In this document: positions 39,912 to 49,587 of the stretch, piece after piece
How the letters are laid out: each line of letters starts with the position of its first letter
Numbering within the stretch: the stretch's first letter is position 1
DNA from: an uncultured Chloroflexia bacterium
Lineage (GTDB): Bacteria; Chloroflexota; Limnocylindria; Limnocylindrales; CSP1-4
Direction of reading: 5' to 3'
Assembly: GCA_963715245.1 (NCBI GenBank)
Contig: CAVQRM010000001.1
Span: 1,051,797-1,115,796 of the forward strand
Length of the DNA stretch: 64,000 bases
The notes under the pieces: generated by a model
Told to the model about the DNA's origin: nothing
The model's database searches: none
What the model saw: only the letters and a program-made list of their open reading frames with translations
Position numbers and translations under genes: made by a program

Positions 39912-40839
39912 CTACGACGCTGACGACACCCGTTCCCGCAGCCACGCGTGCGCTCGCTCGACGTGCGCGCGGGCGAGGACGGTGTCCGGCGCCCAGACCT
40001 CGAAGCCGTGCGGCGCGCCCTCGACGACGTCCTCCTCCACCGCGACCCCGGCGGCCCGGAGGCGGTCCGCGTACGCGGCGTCCTCGTCGTGGAACAGCTC
40101 GATCGCGCCGTAGCCGATCCAGGCCGGCGGGAGTCCCGGAGCAGTCGTCGCGGCGCGCGGGCACGGCGTAGTCGGGCGGCCTCGCGGTGCCGGGCTCGTG
40201 CCCCAGGTACGACCGCCAGCCGAACCGGTTCCTGGCGTTGTTCCAGACGAAGTGGTCGACGACGTCGAGGTCGCGGCGTGCCGCGGTCCGGTCGTCCAGC
40301 ATCGGACAGAACAGGAGCTGGCCGGCGGGCTGGATACCCCCCTCGTCGTGCAGCCGCTGGGCGAGCGCGGCCGCGATGCCGCCGCCCGCGCTCTCGCCGC
40401 CGACGACGATGCGGGCCCGATCGACGCCGAGCGACGGGGCGTCGCGCAGGAGCGCGGCCCACGCCTGGTGGACGTCGTCGAGCGCGGCCGGATACGGGTG
40501 CTCGGGTGCCTTCCGGTACTCGGGTGACACGACGACGATGCCGACCTCGCGCGCGATCTCGGCGCACATCCGGTCGTTGACGATCGGACGCCCGATGACG
40601 AGCCCGCCGCCGTGGACGAACAGGAGGGCGCCGTCCGACCGGCGCGTCGCCGGCCGGTAGACGCGGAGCCCGCGCGCCAGGTCGGGCCGGTCCTCGACCG
40701 TGACCCCCTCGACCTTCGCCCCGGGCATGACCGCCATGAGCCCCGCGATCGCTCGCCGCCCGAGCGCTCGCTCGATCCCGATCGGCTTCGCCCAGCGCAG
40801 GCGCCCGCGCAGCTGTGGGGCGACGCGTTCGATGTCCAC
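39912..40839 (-). CDS. Alpha/beta hydrolase (GDXG/HSL-like esterase), frameshifted near 40138
   Basis: HGGG, YRKAPEHPYPAALDD, GESAGGG, PMLDDR, LPPAWIG..ELFHDE, GAPHGF. Confidence 0.9.
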
Positions 40840-41088
40840 CGGCCCTCCCGTCCGTCGCATCCGGCCGGGACGTTCGACCAGGCCCGGTGCCATGAGGGTA
40901 GCCCGACACGCTGCCGAGCCACCGCGCGCTCGCTGCCTCGGGACCCCCGGCTGCCGCGGCGCCCGTAACTGCGGGCCACCCGACCCCGGCCAACGGGATG
41001 AATGTCACGTCCGCGGACGGCCGTTGCCCGGCAGGCTGGACTCGATCTTCCGTGCCACCGGCGACACGGATGGCAGGAGACCCGGCCA

Positions 41089-41541
41089 GTGCACGTCCCG
41101 ACCCTCCCCAAGAACCAGCTCGTGCTCCTTGCGGGCATCGTCTGGTGCGTCGCGGGCACGATGGTGTGCATGGTCGGGCTGCCGCTCCAGCTCACGCTCG
41201 CGCAGCAGCACATGATCCTCGTCCCGCTCGCCGTGTCCGTGTTCGTCGTGTTCTACCGGTTCGTCTTCTCGCGACTCGTCGTCAAGCACACGAGCCGGAT
41301 CCGCGCCAGCACCGAGGAACGGCTGCCGTGGTGGCAGTTCTTCAGCGGCTCCTCGTGGGTCGTGATGGGCGTGATGATGGGCGGCGGCCTCGTGCTCCGC
41401 CACAGCCGCGTGATGCCCGACTGGATGATCGCCTTCTTCTACACCGGGCTCGGTCTGGCGCTCCTGCTGTGCGGCATCCGCTTCCTGCGCGTGTTCGCGC
41501 GCAGGGACGTGCTCGCCGTCGCGTCCGGCGTGGATGCCTGA
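41089..41541 (+). CDS. Hypothetical four-TM membrane protein
   Basis: AGGAGA RBS then GTG; four hydrophobic segments; FFSGSSW..MGVMMGGGLVLR, FYTGLGLAL. Confidence 0.7.
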   Translation: MHVPTLPKNQLVLLAGIVWCVAGTMVCMVGLPLQLTLAQQHMILVPLAVSVFVVFYRFVFSRLVVKHTSRIRASTEERLPWWQFFSGSSWVVMGVMMGGGLVLRHSRVMPDWMIAFFYTGLGLALLLCGIRFLRVFARRDVLAVASGVDA

Positions 41542-41553
41542 CGGCCGAACCGC

Positions 41554-41625
41554 TCAGTCCAGCGGCTCGAACTCGCCCGGTCGCCAGTTCCCGTCGAACC
41601 AGGGCTCAAGGGGCCCGCAGGAACG
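41554..41625 (-). pseudogene. Possible C-terminal remnant of a DUF1214/DUF1254 gene
   Basis: Reads GPLEPWFDGNWRPGEFEPLD-stop, resembling the RLYGPLEPWFDKTWRPGE end I recall for DUF1214 proteins; no matching upstream coding sequence. Confidence 0.4.
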
Positions 41626-41847
41626 TGGGACGTCCCGCCGCGCATCGCGGCGGCCACGGGGCTGGTCTGGCTCGAGGACCGCGATCGATCCTTGCTGACA
41701 GCCGGTCGCCCGGCATCGTGCGGATCGGGTGACCTGCTGTCGCCGCCGAGACTACGATGCGGACGAGCATCTCCGGAGGCATGGCAGACGGGAGCCCAGC
41801 TGCGCGAGATCCCCAGGACACGATCGGACACCGATTGGAGACCGGCC

Positions 41848-42316
41848 ATGAGCGACACGAAGACCCCGGCCGAAGCGGACCGGCAAGGCATCCGAGGCGT
41901 TCTCGGACGACGAGCGAGCCGCGATGCAGGAGCACGTCAAGGAGCAGAAGGCCGCCTCGAAGCGCGGCCCCGCCTCGGCGCGGGAGGACGGAGAGCGCGA
42001 CGTGCAGGCCAAGATCGCGGAGATGCCGGACGCGGACCGCGTGCTCGCCGAGCGGATCCACGCGATCGTCACCGAGACGGCCCCGGACCTCGTGCCGCGG
42101 ACCTGGTACGGGATGCCCGCCTACTCGAAGGACGGCAAGGTCGTCTGCTTCTTCAAGGCCGCCGCCAAGTTCAAGTCGCGCTACGCGACGTTCGGCTTCG
42201 AGGAGGCGGCGAACATCGACGAGGGCACGATGTGGCCGACGTCCTACGGCCTGACCGAGCTGACTCCCGCCGACGAGGCCCGCATCGCCGAGCTCGTGCA
42301 GCAGGCGGTGCGCTGA
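41848..42316 (+). CDS. DUF1801 / YdhG-like protein, N-terminal frameshift near 41885
   Basis: GGAGA RBS + MSDTK; FSDDERAAMQE, AERIHAIV, PRTWYGMPAY, VVCFF, RYATFGF, MWPTSY. Confidence 0.85.
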
Positions 42317-42361
42317 GGGTCGCGCTCGTGACGCGCCGTCAACGCCTGAGAGACCAGGGCC

Positions 42362-43006
42362 TCAGCCCGAGTGGCCGGTCCCGAACTGGCGGTCGCCCGC
42401 GTCGCCGAGCCCCGGCATGATGTAGCCCTTGTCGTTGAGCTGCCGATCCAGCGAGGCCGTGTAGATCTCGACGTCCGGGTGCGCCCGGCTGACCGCCTCG
42501 ACCCCCTCGGGGGCCGCGATCAGGTTCACGAGCTTGATCCGCACCGCGCCCCAGCGCTTGAGCACCTCGATCGCCGCGGTGGCCGAGCCGCCGGTCGCGA
42601 GCATCGGGTCAAGGATCAGGCACAGGTCCACCGTCGCGCTGTCGGGGAGCTTGTTGTAGTACTCGACCGGGCGGAGCGTTCGCTCGTCGCGGAACAGCCC
42701 CAGGTGCCAGACCTGGGCCGTCGGCATCAGCTCCAGCATCGCGTCCACCATGCCCAGGCCGGCGCGCAGGATCGGGATCAGGCCGATGCGGTCCGCGAGC
42801 TCCTCGCCGGGCATGAGCTCCAGCGGCGTCTGGACGTCGAGCGCACGCATTCGCGCGTCCGCGAGGGCCTCGTAGCCCAGCAGCCAGGACAGCTCGCGCA
42901 CGACCTCCCGGAACTTCTTGGGCTCGGTCTCCTGGTCGCGCAGGATGCCGAGCTTGTGGCGCACCGCGGGGTGCTGCGACACGTGCAGGTTGGGCCAGGC
43001 TGCCAC
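42362..43006 (-). CDS. upp: Uracil phosphoribosyltransferase
   Basis: HPAVRHKL, PILRAGLGM, LILDPMLATGGS, YIMPGLGDAGDRQFGT. Confidence 0.97.
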   Translation of the reverse strand: MAAWPNLHVSQHPAVRHKLGILRDQETEPKKFREVVRELSWLLGYEALADARMRALDVQTPLELMPGEELADRIGLIPILRAGLGMVDAMLELMPTAQVWHLGLFRDERTLRPVEYYNKLPDSATVDLCLILDPMLATGGSATAAIEVLKRWGAVRIKLVNLIAAPEGVEAVSRAHPDVEIYTASLDRQLNDKGYIMPGLGDAGDRQFGTGHSG

Positions 43007-43127
43007 GGGTGTCCTCGCTGAGCGGATCGGGCGGGCGGGAAGCCCGCCGTGGGACGGCGGGCGCCGTCCGGGTCGCCCGAATCCTAGCGCGGGGCGATCG
43101 TTGCGGCGACGGGTATATGCTCGGCCG

Positions 43128-44276
43128 ATGGCCGTCCGATCCACGACCCGAGCGACCCGCGGCGCCGGCACCCGCGGCGCCGCCGCCCGCGCCCCGAAGT
43201 GGACCGTCCCGCCCGTGCTCGTGCGCCAGGTTCGCAATGGCGTCGTCGAGGCCGTCCACCGCGGGGACATCGTCGAGGTGGACCCGACGGGCCGGATGCT
43301 CCACGTCCTGGGCGACCCGGAACGCGTCGTCAACCTCCGCTCGACGGTCAAGCCCTTCGGGGCCGTCGCGCTCCTCCGCGCGGGCGGCCGGGCGGAGTTC
43401 GACCTGACCGCCGAGGAGCTCGCGGTCATGGCGTCGAGCCACTCCGGCGAGGACGTGCACGTCCGGACGATCCAGGCGCTGTACCGCCGCGTCGGCATCC
43501 CGCAGTCGGTCCTGGCGTGCGGGACCGAGGGGAGCCCGATCGACGCGCTCACGGCCGCCCGTCTGGCACGCGACGGGGAGCGGCCGAGCCCGCTGCGTCA
43601 CATGTGCTCCGGCAACCACACGGTCCTCGTGCTGCTCGCGAAGCTCGGGGACTGGCCGCTCGAGACGTACTGGCACGAAGACCACCCGGCTCACGTCGCG
43701 TTCTCGGAGGCGGTCGCAGCGGTGTTCGACGTGCGCCCGGACGGCCTCGTGACCGGGATCGACGGGTGCGGGATCCTCACCTATGCGTTCCCGCTGCGCG
43801 AGGTTGCGCGCGCGTTCGCGATCCTCGCGGACCCGGCGGCGATCCCGGCCGACGACCCGCGCGTCGCGCTGGCGCCATCCCTGCTCCAGGTGCGTGACGC
43901 GATGCGAGCGCACCCGGAGCTCGTCGCGGGCACGCGGGACCGGCTCGATACCTCGCTGATGAAGGCGCTTGACGGAAACCTCGTGTGCAAGAGCGGCATG
44001 GAGGGCCTGCGCGGCATCGGGATCCTGCCTGGTGCACGGGGCGCCGGATCGACGGCATCCGGGATGGCCATCAAGATCGAAGATGGAAGCGCGGAGGAGC
44101 GCGGCACGTGGGCCGCGACGATCGAGGCGCTCCGGCAGGCAGGCGTCGTCGAGGGACAGGCGCTGCGCGCCCTCGCCCGCTATCACCGGCCGATCGACGT
44201 CGACCCGCACGGGCGGACAGGCGCCGAGGCGGTCGCGGACTTCGAGCTCGCACCCGTGGGCGAGCTGATCGGCTGA
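43128..44276 (+). CDS. Class 3 (Rhizobium etli-type, Asparaginase_II) L-asparaginase-like protein
   Basis: VEAVHRG, RSTVKPF, SSHSGE, HMCSGNH, IDGCG, HPELVAG, KSGMEG, AIKIEDG. Confidence 0.85.
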   Translation: MAVRSTTRATRGAGTRGAAARAPKWTVPPVLVRQVRNGVVEAVHRGDIVEVDPTGRMLHVLGDPERVVNLRSTVKPFGAVALLRAGGRAEFDLTAEELAVMASSHSGEDVHVRTIQALYRRVGIPQSVLACGTEGSPIDALTAARLARDGERPSPLRHMCSGNHTVLVLLAKLGDWPLETYWHEDHPAHVAFSEAVAAVFDVRPDGLVTGIDGCGILTYAFPLREVARAFAILADPAAIPADDPRVALAPSLLQVRDAMRAHPELVAGTRDRLDTSLMKALDGNLVCKSGMEGLRGIGILPGARGAGSTASGMAIKIEDGSAEERGTWAATIEALRQAGVVEGQALRALARYHRPIDVDPHGRTGAEAVADFELAPVGELIG

Positions 44277-44322
44277 CGGACCTGGCGGCTGGGGGCCGCG
44301 ACACGGAAGAGGCAGGCGTCCC

Positions 44323-45744
44323 ATGTCGTTCCAGGGAGACCCGTACCGGACCCTCGGCGTGGGTCCCGGCGCGTCCCTGAACGAGATCAAGTCCGCGTAC
44401 CGGCGGCTCGTCAAGCAGTACCACCCCGACGCGGCGGGTGAGCGGGCGCTTCCCCGGTTCCTCGCGATCCAGGCGGCCTACGAGCGCCTGGTCGATGGCG
44501 AGGGACACCTGCGCCCGGTGATGGGCCCCGCACGCCGCCCGGCACCGGCTCCCGAGGAACCCTGGCGCGCCGATCCGGGTCGGGCTCGGGCGTCGCGGGA
44601 CGCGTGGCGCGCGCGGCGGGCAGGCGGGCAGACGCAGGCGAGCGCCGGCGGCGGTACCAGGGGCCCCGGTCGGAGCCGGTCGACCTCCGGGGCAGGCACG
44701 ACCGGCGGGTTCGGCTGGGCGAAGCCCGGGGCGGGCGCACGCCGCGGGCCGCGCAAGGCGACCCCTGGCTCGACGACCTACGACGAGGCCGCGGAGCTGC
44801 CGCTCGACCCGGAGTGGGACGGCGGCGCCTGGTACGGCCCGTCGAGCGGCACGTACTGGACGCTGAACCCGCGCGAGTATGCCGATCCCCGCAAGCACGG
44901 TCCCGAGTACCAGGCCCGGGCACGCCGTGCCGCGCAGGCGCAGCGGTCAGGGCTCGCCGAGGATCCGGCGGACGGGGGCGGCGATGCGGCCGCGGGGCAG
45001 ACGCCGGGTGCGGACACAGCCCCCGACGGCGAGCACGGCCCGGGTCCGGCGCCGACCACGGAGAGCGCTGGCGAGGCGCCGCGCTGGGGCTGGACGGGCG
45101 GCGGCGGGACGACGACGGACGGGGGAACGGAGTGGGGGACCGGCCAGTGGCACTACGACGATGCCGCCGCGCAGCCCGCGCCCGGCGAGCGCCGGCGCGA
45201 CGGGCCGCAGCCCGCCGGGGCGGAGGCGGCGGACGCATCCCGCGATGGGGCTCGTGACTGGGGGGCGGACGATGCCGCGCCAGACCTGGAGTCACTCGCC
45301 CGGCGGCTCTCCCCGCGCAGCCTGCTCCGGCTCGCGCGCCGCCCGGATCGCCGGTGGCGGCTCCTGCTGGCGCTCGCGGGCTGGCCGCCGATCGGCTGGG
45401 CGGTCGGGACGCTCACGGCGCAGGCGACGGCCTGTGCCCCGGCGGCGCCGGGCTGCATCGAGTCGCTCCAGGTGCTGCCGGTGCTGTTCCAGCCGCTCGT
45501 GATCGCGGGCCTGTTCCTCGTCCCGCCGGCCGCCGCCGTCGCCGCGTTCGCGGGCCTCGTGACGGTCGCGGTGGCCCTGCCCGCTGCCGCGATCCTGTCG
45601 CTCGTCGGCGCGGCCGACGGCAGCTCCACCTCACCTGTGCTGGGCGTGCTCGCGGCCGTGGCCTACGGAGCCGCGCTCGTGACAGGCGCGAGCCTGCTCT
45701 GGCGGGCCCCGGATGGCGTCGGGATGGGTCGGCCGGAGACGTAG
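44323..45744 (+). CDS. J-domain protein with a long disordered middle and C-terminal TM helices
   Basis: DPYRTLGV...EIKSAYRRLVKQYHPD...FLAIQAAYERL; about four TM segments at the C-terminus. Confidence 0.8.
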   Translation: MSFQGDPYRTLGVGPGASLNEIKSAYRRLVKQYHPDAAGERALPRFLAIQAAYERLVDGEGHLRPVMGPARRPAPAPEEPWRADPGRARASRDAWRARRAGGQTQASAGGGTRGPGRSRSTSGAGTTGGFGWAKPGAGARRGPRKATPGSTTYDEAAELPLDPEWDGGAWYGPSSGTYWTLNPREYADPRKHGPEYQARARRAAQAQRSGLAEDPADGGGDAAAGQTPGADTAPDGEHGPGPAPTTESAGEAPRWGWTGGGGTTTDGGTEWGTGQWHYDDAAAQPAPGERRRDGPQPAGAEAADASRDGARDWGADDAAPDLESLARRLSPRSLLRLARRPDRRWRLLLALAGWPPIGWAVGTLTAQATACAPAAPGCIESLQVLPVLFQPLVIAGLFLVPPAAAVAAFAGLVTVAVALPAAAILSLVGAADGSSTSPVLGVLAAVAYGAALVTGASLLWRAPDGVGMGRPET

Positions 45745-45753
45745 ACTGGTGCG

Positions 45754-46482
45754 ATGCAGCGCCGCAACGAGTCCGACATCTCCGCGGCGGCCCAGGAGTA
45801 CCTCCTCGCGCTCCGGGTGATGGGGTCCGAGGGCCGCGCGACGACAACCGCCCAGCTCGGCCGGCACGTCGGCGTGACGACCCAGGCCGCGAGTGAGATG
45901 TGCCGGCGGCTGACGGCCGACGGCCTGCTCGAGCCGTCGGCCGGACGCGGGCTCGTGCTGACCGATGCGGGCAGGACCGCGGCCGACGCGATCTTCCGAC
46001 GGCACGCGCTGCTCGAGTGGCTGCTGACGTCCGTCGTCGGCCTGTCATGGGCCGAGAGCGACGTCGAGGCGATGCGGCTCCAGGGAGCCCTGTCCCCACG
46101 CGTCGAAGCGAAGCTGGACGAGCTCCTCGGACACCCCTCGACCTGCCCGCACGGGAACCCGATCGACCTCGAGACCGCCCGCCGCCGGCCGTCCGGGATC
46201 CCGCTCTCGGAGCTCGAATCCGGGTCGAAGGCGACGGTCCTCCGGATCACGGAGGAGGCCGAGGAGGACGCCGGGCTCCTCTCCTATCTCGAGGCGCGCG
46301 CCCTCACGCCCGGAGCGCACGTCATCGTTCTCGCCCGATCCGAGAGCCTCGACTCGCTCACGCTCGACGGTCCGCGCGGCCGGGCCACCCTGGGGCTGCG
46401 TCCCGCGGCCCTGATCAGGGTCATCCCCGGCGAGGCCGACCCAGGCCTGTTCCACAAGGTCCCGGCGCCACTGGCCGAGTAG
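45754..46482 (+). CDS. DtxR/MntR metal-dependent regulator with a FeoA-like C-terminal domain
   Basis: QEYLLAL, RRHALLEWLL, LGHPSTCPHGNPI, LLSYLEARALTPG. Confidence 0.9.
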   Translation: MQRRNESDISAAAQEYLLALRVMGSEGRATTTAQLGRHVGVTTQAASEMCRRLTADGLLEPSAGRGLVLTDAGRTAADAIFRRHALLEWLLTSVVGLSWAESDVEAMRLQGALSPRVEAKLDELLGHPSTCPHGNPIDLETARRRPSGIPLSELESGSKATVLRITEEAEEDAGLLSYLEARALTPGAHVIVLARSESLDSLTLDGPRGRATLGLRPAALIRVIPGEADPGLFHKVPAPLAE

Positions 46483-46556
46483 GCGAGGGTCGGCGATGGG
46501 CGCGAGCCCGTGCACCGGCACGCCGGTCCGCGACGGCTCGCACCTACAATCGGTTC

Positions 46557-48053
46557 ATGCCATCCGACATCCGCGTTCGCATCGCGCCCAGCCCGACCGG
46601 ACCCCTCCACCTCGGCACCGCGCGGACCGCGCTGTTCAACTACCTGTACGCGCGCCACACGGGGGGCACCTTCATCCTGCGGCTCGAGGACACGGACGTC
46701 GCCCGCAGCACGGCCGCCTTCGAAAAGGACATCCTCGACGGCCTGCACTGGCTGGGCATCTCCTGGGACGAGGGCCCCGGCGTCGCGGGGCTCGAGGAGG
46801 CGGGACCGTACGCCCCGTACCGCCAGATGGCCCGCCTCCCCGAGTACGCGGCCGCGGCCGAGCGGCTCCTCGCCGTGGATCGCGCCTATCCCTGCTACTG
46901 CTCGCCCGACGAGCTGGACGCGGACCGCAAGGCCCAGGAGGCCGCAAAGCAGCCGCCTCGCTACGTCGGGCGGTGCGCGACGCTCACGCCCGGCGACCGC
47001 GCCGCACGCGAGGCCGAGGGGCGCCGCGGCGCGCTGCGCTTCCGCGTGCCGGAGGGCGTCGTCGGGTGGAACGACATCATCCGCGACCGGGTGGAGATCG
47101 ACACCTCGAACCTCGGCGGCGACTTCGTGATCGTGCGGGCGGACGGGACGCCGCTCTACCACTTCACCGTCGTCGTGGACGACATGGCGATGCGCATCAG
47201 CCACGTCATCCGGGGCGAGGACCACGTGAGCAACACGCCCAAGCACATCCTCCTGTTCGACGCGCTGGGCTATCCGCGCCCGGTCTTCGGCCACCTGCCG
47301 CTCATCCTCAACCCCGACGGGACGAAGATGAGCAAGCGCAAGAGCCAGACCGCGGTGGCGGACTACATCGCGCAGGGCTTCACCCGCGAGGCGCTCGTGA
47401 ACTACTTCGCGTTCCTCGGCTGGTCGCCCGGGACCGAGGAGGAGGTGTTCACGCTCGACGAGCTCGCCGATCGGTTCGAGCTGGAGAAGGTCCAGAAGGG
47501 TGGCGCCCGGTTCGACCGCGAGCGGCTCGAATGGCTCAACGGCCAGTGGATCCGGCGCCTGGCTGATGACGACCTCATCGAGCGCCTCGTCCCGTTCCTC
47601 GAGGCGGCCCGGATCGCCGGCCAGATCGACCGCACCCCGGGCGAGGGCGAGCTCCGGGCGCTGCTGCCGATCGTCCGCGAGCGGATCCCGACCCTGGCCT
47701 CGATCGTTGACGTCGCGGGCTTCCTGTGGGTCGACGACCTGCAGGTGGAGCCGGCGGCCATCGTCCCGAAGCGCTGGGATGCCGCGACGACCCGCGAGGG
47801 CCTCGTCGCCGCGCGCGCGGTCATCGCCGCCCACGACGCGGTCACCTGGGAGGCGGACGAGCTGGAGCCGCCGCTCCGGGCGCTCGTGGAGGCCCGCGGC
47901 TGGAAGGCCGGGGACCTGTTCATGGCGATCCGCGTGGCGACCACCGGGATGACCGCCACGCCGCCGCTGTTCGACACGCTCGTCGCGCTCGGACGGGAGC
48001 GGACGCTGGCCCGCCTGGACACCGCGATCGCGGCCTTCGAGGCCGAGGCCTGA
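46557..48053 (+). CDS. gltX: Glutamate--tRNA ligase
   Basis: RIAPSPTGPLHLGTARTAL, LRLEDTD, SHVIRGEDH, KMSKR. Confidence 0.97.
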   Translation: MPSDIRVRIAPSPTGPLHLGTARTALFNYLYARHTGGTFILRLEDTDVARSTAAFEKDILDGLHWLGISWDEGPGVAGLEEAGPYAPYRQMARLPEYAAAAERLLAVDRAYPCYCSPDELDADRKAQEAAKQPPRYVGRCATLTPGDRAAREAEGRRGALRFRVPEGVVGWNDIIRDRVEIDTSNLGGDFVIVRADGTPLYHFTVVVDDMAMRISHVIRGEDHVSNTPKHILLFDALGYPRPVFGHLPLILNPDGTKMSKRKSQTAVADYIAQGFTREALVNYFAFLGWSPGTEEEVFTLDELADRFELEKVQKGGARFDRERLEWLNGQWIRRLADDDLIERLVPFLEAARIAGQIDRTPGEGELRALLPIVRERIPTLASIVDVAGFLWVDDLQVEPAAIVPKRWDAATTREGLVAARAVIAAHDAVTWEADELEPPLRALVEARGWKAGDLFMAIRVATTGMTATPPLFDTLVALGRERTLARLDTAIAAFEAEA

Positions 48054-48073
48054 TCGCCCGTGTCCAGCGGTAC

Positions 48074-48117
48074 GTGAACACGCCTTGAACACGCCTTGAA
48101 CACGGCGTTAACACGAT
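48074..48117 (+). promoter_or_regulatory. Pho-box-like array of four 11-bp direct repeats
   Basis: GTGAACACGCC TTGAACACGCC TTGAACACGGC GTTAACACGAT directly upstream of the OmpR-family regulator; the reverse strand reads GTTCA/GTTAA at an 11-bp period. Confidence 0.75.
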
Positions 48118-48137
48118 CACCCGACGATCACGGGCGC

Positions 48138-48848
48138 ATGGCCCGCACGATCCTCGTCGTGGACGACGAGACCACGCTCCGGGAAACCCTCGTCGAGGCG
48201 CTCGAGATGGAGGGGTATCGTGCGATCCCCGCCGCGGACGGACGGACCGCGATCGAGCGCTTCCGCACCGAGCGCCCGGACCTCGTCCTGCTCGACCTGA
48301 TGCTCCCCGAGCTCTCGGGCGTCGAGGTGTGCCGGATCCTGCGGGCCGAGTCCGCGGTGCCGATCATCATGCTCACCGCGAAGGACTCCGAGGTCGACAA
48401 GGTCGTGGGGCTCGAGCTGGGCGCGGACGACTACGTGACCAAGCCGTTCTCGCTGCGGGAGCTCACGGCGCGCATCCGTGCGATCTTCCGGCGCGCGGAC
48501 CAGGCCGCGAAGGCGGCCGCAGCAGCGGCCTCCGAGGCGCCGCCGCTGGTCGCCCTCGGCAAGGTCCAGGTCGACCTCGCGGGCCACCGCCTCCTGCGCG
48601 ACGGCGATCCCGTCCCGCTCAAGCCGAAGGCGTTCGAGCTGCTCGCGTTCCTGCTCCGTCACCAGGGGCAGGTGTTCACCCGGGACCAGCTGCTCGAGCG
48701 TGTCTGGGGCTACGACTACGCGGGTGAATCGCGCACCGTGGACGTCCACGTCCACTGGCTCCGGAGCGAGCTCGAGGACGATCCCGCCACGCCGGTGTAC
48801 CTCCAGACCGTGCGCGGCGTCGGCTACGTGCTGCGAAAGCCCGCCTGA
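48138..48848 (+). CDS. OmpR-family response regulator (PhoB/PhoP/RegX3-like)
   Basis: ILVVDDE, LLDLMLP, GADDYVTKPF, VWGYDYAGESRTVDVHVHWLR, TVRGVGY. Confidence 0.92.
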   Translation: MARTILVVDDETTLRETLVEALEMEGYRAIPAADGRTAIERFRTERPDLVLLDLMLPELSGVEVCRILRAESAVPIIMLTAKDSEVDKVVGLELGADDYVTKPFSLRELTARIRAIFRRADQAAKAAAAAASEAPPLVALGKVQVDLAGHRLLRDGDPVPLKPKAFELLAFLLRHQGQVFTRDQLLERVWGYDYAGESRTVDVHVHWLRSELEDDPATPVYLQTVRGVGYVLRKPA

Positions 48849-48917
48849 CGGCGCGGGCGCTTCACCCCCTGCGGTCACGGCCCGTCGGGCGCGACCGGAG
48901 GCCCCCGCGTCGCAGGG

Positions 48918-49532
48918 TCAGATCTTGGTCAGGATCCGCTCGATGACCTCGGCCGCGTCCTCGGCGGCGTCGATCGTCTGCTCGAGCGACAGGTAGAGGT
49001 CGCGCATCTTGATCACCTCGAGGGGGTCGGTGCCGCCCCGGAACAGGCGCCCGATCGCCGCGCGCGACAGGGCGTCCGCCTTGTGCTCCAGCTCGTGGAC
49101 GACCATGAGATGCGGGTGGACCTCCTTCTTTCGGTGCTCGAGCTTCATGAGGGCCTCGAGCAGCTGGACGGCCTGGCCCGAGAGGATCCCGGCGAGCTGC
49201 TTGACGTCCTCGTCCGGCGCGGTGATGCCGTAGATGAGGAACGTCTCGGCCGTCGCCTGGATGCCGTCAACAACGTCGTCGAGCAGGACGACAAGCGCGT
49301 GGATGTCCTCCCGGTCGAACGGGGTGATGAAGCTCTTCTCGAGCCGGACCGCGACCTCGGCGTCGATCTGGTCGCCGCGCTTCTCGAGCACCTGGATCTC
49401 GGCGACGCGCTCCTCCAGCCGGTCGTAGCTGTTGACCATCGCCTCGAGCTTGCGCGCCGCCTCGAGCAGGTTCTCCCCGTCCTGGACGAACAGGCCGTAG
49501 AACTTCTCGTCCTTGGGGATCAGGCGGACCAT
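48918..49532 (-). CDS. DUF47 / PhoU-like phosphate transport regulator
   Basis: LIPKDEKFY, LEKRGD, SFITPFDREDI, LEHKAD, ID.AEDAA; coupled to pit. Confidence 0.92.
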   Translation of the reverse strand: MVRLIPKDEKFYGLFVQDGENLLEAARKLEAMVNSYDRLEERVAEIQVLEKRGDQIDAEVAVRLEKSFITPFDREDIHALVVLLDDVVDGIQATAETFLIYGITAPDEDVKQLAGILSGQAVQLLEALMKLEHRKKEVHPHLMVVHELEHKADALSRAAIGRLFRGGTDPLEVIKMRDLYLSLEQTIDAAEDAAEVIERILTKI

Positions 49533-49587
49533 CGGGAGCCTCCGGAGTGTTGCGATCGGCGGGTGGGAGTCGGAGCGGGGAAGGCCG

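Noticed and set aside
48074-48117. Short tandem repeat as a mini-CRISPR or VNTR
   Set aside because: The 11-bp period and position upstream of an OmpR-family gene fit a binding-site array better
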